From an uncultured Poribacteria bacterium (lineage in GTDB: Bacteria > Poribacteria > WGA-4E > WGA-3G): 64,000 bases of DNA. The stretch spans positions 4,928,001 to 4,992,000 of the forward strand of contig OX638351.1 of NCBI GenBank assembly GCA_951813565.1, read 5' to 3'. This document shows, one piece after another, positions 58,375 through 64,000 of the stretch; position 1 is the stretch's first letter; the number at the start of each line of letters is the position of its first letter. The notes under the pieces are model-generated. The model did no database searches and was not told where the DNA came from. It saw nothing but the letters and a program-made list of their open reading frames with translations. The translations under genes were made by a program, and so were the position numbers.

Positions 58375-59994
58375 ATGGAAAACACAAAAGGGAGGATTCT
58401 GTGGATTGATAGCGCATTAAGAGTACCATTGGCAAGCCCATATTTGAAGTCTGAGTTGAAGCTTTATGTTCGGTTTTTAGAGTATCACGGATATGATGTT
58501 GTGGTAACAGATAACGGTGTAGAAGGGATCGCTTTGCTCAGAGAAAAAACATTTCACGCTGTACTATTAAATTATGAATTGCCAACACGCAACGGGGACA
58601 TGCTCTCACGCACACGAAAAGAGGACGCACACATTCCTGTCATTCTGCTGACTAAAGTCGGTGGACAAGAGATAATGGAGAAAGCGAGCCTTCATGGTGT
58701 TAACGATGTTTTGATAATGCCTACAAACCCCAGACAGTTGGTTTCATCACTCGCATTTTTACTTGAAAAACAGAACATGCGAGAAACATATACACCGCAA
58801 GCGTACGTCAAGAACTTTAATAAACAATACGCTTTGGAACACAGTCAGACACATACTTTGTTGGATGAACTTCATGATAAGGACTGGCAGGCGTGGATAG
58901 ATGCTTATGTCCATTTTGTTGAATGGGATATCAGATTGGATTCTCTTTCTAACGTTGATGAGCTTAAAACTATCCATGCCAGTGAAAAACGTGAAGCCAA
59001 CTCCGCTTTTGCTGACTATATCCAAAACACCTACAGTTTATGGCTTGACGATGAAAACTCGCCTGCATTATCCGTAGATGTTTTTTACAAATATGTTATT
59101 CCAGAGATACAGATGGGAAAATCCGTGCTGTTTGTCGTAATGGATTGTATGCGGTTGGACCACTGGTTGAAAATTGAGCCGCTGCTCTACCGTGATTTTC
59201 GCATCACAAAACACTATCACTATTCTATTTTACCGACAACGACCCGTTATGCTCGGAATGCTATTTTTAGTGGTCTTTTTCCGAGAGATTTAGCCGAAAG
59301 ATACCCTGAGTTGTATGCTGAACCCGATGAGGGACATACAAGTATTAACCGTTATGAGAAAGAACTCCTATATTTACAACTTGAGCGACATGGGATAGTC
59401 TTAAAACCATCGCCACATTATTTCAAGATTTTTGATGCGCGCGGGGAAATTCAATATTTACAGTGGTTAACTGACGCAAACCGGATTAGTTTGGCAGCAG
59501 TTGTCGTAGATTTTCTTGACATGCTGACGCACCTACGGAGTGAGGAGTCTCTCTTTCAACAACTCATTCCGAATGAAGAAGCGTTTCGGACACTTGTACA
59601 AACGTGGTTTCAGAGTTCACGTCTCTATAAAATAATTAATCTTGCAGCTGAACGTGGAACAACCATAATAATTACATCGGATCACGGATCAGTGTTGTGT
59701 CAAAACGCTGCGAAAATTTCGAGCCATCACGAGCTTACCAGTGGACTTCGAGCAAAAGAGGGCAAAAACATATCATGTGCCCCTGAAGCTGGATTGCTCA
59801 TAGATGATCCGGAAGCATATCGGTTACCAGGCGATGCAGCAGCAAAAAACTACATCATTGCGAAAGAAGATTATTTTTTTGTTTATGAAAGGCAGTTTAA
59901 CGTATATAAAGAAATGTTTGAGGGCAGCTTCCAACATGGAGGCATTTCATTTGAAGAGATGATTCTTCCCTGTGTTGTGCTTGAACCGAGGTGA
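58375..59994 (+). CDS. PorX-like receiver-PglZ protein with a degenerate receiver domain
   Basis: WD(I)RLD..EANSAF linker; VMDCMRLD, ILPTTTRYARNAIFSG, TSDHG, FQHGGISFEEM. Confidence 0.85.
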   Translation: MENTKGRILWIDSALRVPLASPYLKSELKLYVRFLEYHGYDVVVTDNGVEGIALLREKTFHAVLLNYELPTRNGDMLSRTRKEDAHIPVILLTKVGGQEIMEKASLHGVNDVLIMPTNPRQLVSSLAFLLEKQNMRETYTPQAYVKNFNKQYALEHSQTHTLLDELHDKDWQAWIDAYVHFVEWDIRLDSLSNVDELKTIHASEKREANSAFADYIQNTYSLWLDDENSPALSVDVFYKYVIPEIQMGKSVLFVVMDCMRLDHWLKIEPLLYRDFRITKHYHYSILPTTTRYARNAIFSGLFPRDLAERYPELYAEPDEGHTSINRYEKELLYLQLERHGIVLKPSPHYFKIFDARGEIQYLQWLTDANRISLAAVVVDFLDMLTHLRSEESLFQQLIPNEEAFRTLVQTWFQSSRLYKIINLAAERGTTIIITSDHGSVLCQNAAKISSHHELTSGLRAKEGKNISCAPEAGLLIDDPEAYRLPGDAAAKNYIIAKEDYFFVYERQFNVYKEMFEGSFQHGGISFEEMILPCVVLEPR

Positions 59995-60057
59995 ATTGCA
60001 GTTGTCAGGTAAACTGTAAAATATACTTTTACGTTATCAGTAATCAAAATTTATTGA

Positions 60058-61962
60058 ATGTTCTCTTCCAAGGAGAAGAAACGTATGCAAAAGAACACTA
60101 AACCTAATATCACTTCACTTTGGGTGCTGTTAATATTTATCACACTAATATTTCCGATTAGCACACAAGCACAGTTTCCTGATTTTGAGTTTTCCGACAA
60201 TCAACCTGTTGAAAAATTAAGCGCTGAAGGGTATATCTCTTTGGATAAGGTACAACCCGGAAGGGATTTCCAAATCGCAGTTGTTGTACAGATTACAGAA
60301 GGATGGCATGTTAATGCTAATCCCGCTCGCGAAGGACTTATACCAACTGAGGTAACACTTCCCGATACGCCGAACTTAACTTTTGGGAAAGTGGTATATC
60401 CGATAGGGGACACACTCAATCTCGCTTCAATAGGAGAAGCACCAGTCTACCACGACACCATCACTATCGGCATTCCAGCAACTTTGCTTCAAAACACGCC
60501 AATTGGACCTACAACTTTGGATATGCAGCTTCGTTATCAAGCGTGTAATGATGAACAGTGTCTGTTACCAGAAACGTTAAGTGTTACTATACCGATAAAT
60601 GTTGTCAGTTTAGCTGAAACCGCACAACAAGTTAATGAAACTATTTTTGCTAATGTTGCATTCGAGACACCGACAAATATCAGCGATGAAGGTGAAGGGG
60701 GGATTGCAGGAGCGTTATCTGGAGGAAAATTGTGGCTTGCATTCCTGCTTGTGTTCGCTGGTGGAATTGTGACGAGTTTAACACCTTGTGTATACCCGTT
60801 AATTCCAATCACAGTCTCAATCTTCGGCGCGAATGAGTCTACTGGTATTTTCAAATCATTTCTACTTTCTGTTGTGTATGTCCTTGGCATCGTCGTGACC
60901 TATTCAATTTTAGGTGTTGCAGTGGCATCAACAGGCGCAGTATTCGGTCAGATAATGGCGAATCCATGGGTAATCGGATTTATCAGTTTGATTCTCGTTA
61001 CGCTTGGGTTGTCAATGTTTGGTGTTTTTGAGATTCGTCTTCCATCTTCTATGCAAAACAAGCTGAATACTGTTGGTGGCGCTGGATTTGTCGGTGCATT
61101 CGGGATGGGAACTGTTGCGGGAGTCATCGCAGCACCATGCACAGGACCGGCATTAGCTGCGGTCTTGGCATATATTGCGACTACAAGCAGCTTAGTGCTC
61201 GGGTTCTGGCTGATGTTTACGTATGCCCTCGGCATGGGATTACTGTTCATCTGCATAGGTACGTTCTCTGGTTTGCTTTCTGCCCTACCACGTTCAGGTG
61301 GATGGATGTATGTCTTGGAAAATATCTTTGGCATCGCGATAATTACGATGGCACTCTACTTCCTCAAAGATGTTGAAGTTTTTGCCCCGTTGAAGAGTTT
61401 TCTGCAGAACTCACTTCCGTTTTTTGCTTTTGCAGGAGGCTTAGTTATAGTTGGATTATGGCTTAGTAAATTGACAGAACGTTTCAGTGGTATTCCCTCT
61501 GAAAAGAGGGTTCAGAAGGCGTTCGGTCTGCTGTTGGCAGTACTCGGTGCATATATGATAGTAGGCGGACTTCAACAGCCTGCTGCTGGACCACACCTGA
61601 ACTGGGTTTACGATGAACCGGCGGCATTGGAGGCTGCTAAACAGGAAGATAAATTAGTAATGCTTGATTTTTACGCGACTTGGTGCGGCGCCTGTAATGA
61701 ACTGGATCATAAAACTTTTTCTGAGCCGGTTATTGTTGACAAGTTAGAGAATTATGTTACTGTCAAGCTTGATTTTAGTGCTGAATCTGACAAGATATTG
61801 ACAGAAAAGTATCAGATTCGCGGATTGCCTGTTGTTATTTTTATGGATGCGCAACGGAATATTCTTGAGCGGATTGAAAAGTTTGTTGACGCGGAGGATA
61901 TGCTCAAAATAATTGAAGATGTTGAGACTAAAGCAAAATCTACTAAGCGGAACACTTTGTAG
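60058..61962 (+). CDS. dsbD: Thiol:disulfide interchange protein
   Basis: YQACNDEQC (alpha domain), TPCVYP and APCTGP (beta), WCGAC (gamma). Confidence 0.93.
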   Translation: MFSSKEKKRMQKNTKPNITSLWVLLIFITLIFPISTQAQFPDFEFSDNQPVEKLSAEGYISLDKVQPGRDFQIAVVVQITEGWHVNANPAREGLIPTEVTLPDTPNLTFGKVVYPIGDTLNLASIGEAPVYHDTITIGIPATLLQNTPIGPTTLDMQLRYQACNDEQCLLPETLSVTIPINVVSLAETAQQVNETIFANVAFETPTNISDEGEGGIAGALSGGKLWLAFLLVFAGGIVTSLTPCVYPLIPITVSIFGANESTGIFKSFLLSVVYVLGIVVTYSILGVAVASTGAVFGQIMANPWVIGFISLILVTLGLSMFGVFEIRLPSSMQNKLNTVGGAGFVGAFGMGTVAGVIAAPCTGPALAAVLAYIATTSSLVLGFWLMFTYALGMGLLFICIGTFSGLLSALPRSGGWMYVLENIFGIAIITMALYFLKDVEVFAPLKSFLQNSLPFFAFAGGLVIVGLWLSKLTERFSGIPSEKRVQKAFGLLLAVLGAYMIVGGLQQPAAGPHLNWVYDEPAALEAAKQEDKLVMLDFYATWCGACNELDHKTFSEPVIVDKLENYVTVKLDFSAESDKILTEKYQIRGLPVVIFMDAQRNILERIEKFVDAEDMLKIIEDVETKAKSTKRNTL

Positions 61963-61971
61963 GAGACTTAC

Positions 61972-63060
61972 ATGAAATCTGTTGAACAGGCTAAAAAAGG
62001 ATCATTTTTTTCATTTAATCGCTGGCTAATATGTACTGAGATCGTTGCCATCATCGGATTTGTACTGCTTGCGGCACTTTACACGCAACGCGGCGGTGCT
62101 GAACCTGAATCTCCACCGTTCTCTCAAGCTGAAACCTTCCTTGCTGAGGCAGATGCGTCCTTTAACAAACAGGACCTGGGTAGAGCTGTGTTCCTCTATT
62201 GGCAAGCTTTACAAGCATTAGAAACCGAAAAAACAGAAGGAAACAAAGCAGACCGTTTGCATGCTAACCTCCGTATTGCAGAGATCTATTCCCAAAGTAG
62301 TTGGTTGAAAGATGCGAAATCACGTCTGGAATATGCTTCACATATCCAACCTGACCATGAAGATGTTCTTCTCTTAAGTGGTAAACTTTTTCGCGATGAC
62401 GGTGCGAAAGAAGAGGCAGCTGAGCAATTTTTGGCGGTGTTGGATAGAAACGCTGACAATGCCGAAGCACACTATCTTCTCGGCGTTTTGTATCAAGGGA
62501 ATAAGCAGTATAAAGAAGCGTCAACACACTACAGAGCAGCAATTGAAAATGATCCTGAATTCATACATGTCCCATCTGAAAAAGCGCCTATCGGTGTGCT
62601 TGCGCGCCTTCAATTATCGCGGACCTACAACAAGATGCTTCAAAGCTACCGATTTCTTGATCGAGAACTTACCAGTGAGGATATGGCAGAAATCACTCGG
62701 CTTGAAGCACAGTCAATTAACCTTTTAGAACAAGCGCTTCAGGGACAACCGGGAATGCAGGAGATTGTCAATGACTTGATCGGTTTACTCTATGTGCGTG
62801 CCAATGCTCTTAAACGTGAAGCAGCAACAAGACCTTATGCAGACGCGTTGGAAATCTATGAACGCATTGTGGAACTTGACCCGACAGAAGTACAAGCGTG
62901 GCAGGAGATGGCTGAAATTTATGAAAGTTATCTCAGGGATAAACCCAAAGCACTTGAAATGTACCAAAAGATCTATGAACTTGCACCGCATGCAACTTAC
63001 TTAGCGATAATCAAATCACTTGAAGAAGATGTTGCTGCAGAAAATGAAGAATTGGAATGA
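61972..63060 (+). CDS. Membrane-anchored TPR protein
   Basis: N-terminal TM; NAEAHYLLGVLY, VELDP, YELAP. Confidence 0.85.
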   Translation: MKSVEQAKKGSFFSFNRWLICTEIVAIIGFVLLAALYTQRGGAEPESPPFSQAETFLAEADASFNKQDLGRAVFLYWQALQALETEKTEGNKADRLHANLRIAEIYSQSSWLKDAKSRLEYASHIQPDHEDVLLLSGKLFRDDGAKEEAAEQFLAVLDRNADNAEAHYLLGVLYQGNKQYKEASTHYRAAIENDPEFIHVPSEKAPIGVLARLQLSRTYNKMLQSYRFLDRELTSEDMAEITRLEAQSINLLEQALQGQPGMQEIVNDLIGLLYVRANALKREAATRPYADALEIYERIVELDPTEVQAWQEMAEIYESYLRDKPKALEMYQKIYELAPHATYLAIIKSLEEDVAAENEELE

Positions 63061-63073
63061 TGGAATTTAGGAA

Positions 63074-63523
63074 CTACAACTTTTGGAATTTACTAAGAAG
63101 ATTTGAGCAACATGAGCAGCGATGTCTTTTTAACATATTGTTAATTTTTTGTTTAACTTCATTCGGAAACTTCTTTGTTAGTTTGTGAAATCTTTTACCT
63201 TTTTTGCTATATGATACCTTAACAATTTCAAGTGCTAAGGGTAAATATTCCAGGTAAGCTCGTAGTTTTCTCCCCGCTTTTTTAGGCAAATATGGAACAG
63301 TTTTTACTACTCCGTCTGTTCCTTTTTTAATTCCGTTTGAAGTATGTGCGGCAAGTTTGCTCGCCACCGTCCCTATTTTTTCTCGATGCTTATATAATAT
63401 CTTAGCAAGTTCCATTGCTAAAGGCAAAAACGGTGATATTCGGGTTAATGTTATACCAGCTGCCTTTGGCAAATGTGGAATCATTGCATTTATGGCAGGT
63501 CTTAAGGAAGTTATACTAATCAT
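63074..63523 (-). CDS. Hypothetical basic protein with an internal repeat
   Basis: GAGGAG RBS; PHLPKAAG..FLPLAMELAK repeated as PYLPKKAG..YLPLALEIVK. Confidence 0.6.
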   Translation of the reverse strand: MISITSLRPAINAMIPHLPKAAGITLTRISPFLPLAMELAKILYKHREKIGTVASKLAAHTSNGIKKGTDGVVKTVPYLPKKAGRKLRAYLEYLPLALEIVKVSYSKKGKRFHKLTKKFPNEVKQKINNMLKRHRCSCCSNLLSKFQKL

Positions 63524-63594
63524 TGAATTTTCTCCTCAAAAATGGGTCAGAGATCTCCATAGTGTCCTGAATTTACATGGATTTTGGTATTATA

Positions 63595-63625
63595 ACCTAA
63601 GTTGCTACCTATGTAGTACAAACTT
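63595..63625. mobile_element. Isolated IS982-like end
   Basis: TATTATA followed by ACCTAAGTTGCTACCTATGTAG, matching the right end of 40309-40684. Confidence 0.6.
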
Positions 63626-63730
63626 TATGAAGATAAAAAAATAAATTCGGTATTTTCCTTAGTCCCGCCAAATGCGCGTGTGGCATTCAGCGGGACTGAA
63701 GAGCGTTTGACATATTCAGAATATATCTAA

Positions 63731-64000
63731 TACCACATTAACTTGATTCATATTTATGGAGCAGTTAGGAAAACGTACCTTATGCGTCAATTTAAGGATA
63801 TACCCTCTTGTGGGAGTGAATCAACGCAGCATGCCCGTCCGGCATGCTGCCAAATCAACGCCAAATGCGCTTTTTGGCATTTGTCGGGTTTTCAACCCCG
63901 ATTTTCTTCTGTAGGAGCGACCTCCCGGTCGCGAGCTGGAGCTCGTTCCTACAGAATGTCCGAGGCGACAAGTCATGGCGAATACCACGCGTATTCGCCC
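63731..64000. mobile_element. Second copy of the composite MITE at 3421 (cut by window edge)
   Basis: Near-identical to 3421-3724 but with two instead of three 34-nt units. Confidence 0.85.

Overview
Bacterial chromosomal window, most likely Candidatus Poribacteria. This is an inference from LamG proteins ending in a 'KLxxxWGxxK' motif, dockerin-like modules, TPR/WD40/FG-GAP proteins, PhyH and Gfo/Idh/MocA genes. It carries about 55 CDS: dapA, a TPR/toxin-antitoxin patch, an orphan DNA methyltransferase, pspA-ABC, an E2 acyltransferase, an S8 protease with a T9SS-like C-terminus, cydAB, ffh-rpsP-khpA-trmD-rplS-rnhB-yraN, a PorX-like regulator and dsbD. No rRNA, tRNA or CRISPR array was seen. 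Highlights: (1) a hidden exported dockerin-thioredoxin selenoprotein (in-frame TGA in a UxxC motif plus a SECIS-like hairpin) that the ORF track splits in two; (2) a 1.77-kb cassette bounded by a 105-bp direct repeat, encoding HigB and a HigA-like protein whose HTH is replaced by TPR and an HsdR-N-like nuclease domain; (3) two copies of a ~408-bp protein-free IS200/IS605-like element with an omega-RNA-like body and a conserved TTTAR upstream motif; (4) nested non-coding mobile DNA in the intergenic spacers: many GTAG-REP classes, at least four MITE families with distinct target duplications (3, 7, 10 and 19-20 bp), and a 34-35-nt hairpin micro-element found 13 times that inserts next to GGG in REP stems and stacks in tandem.
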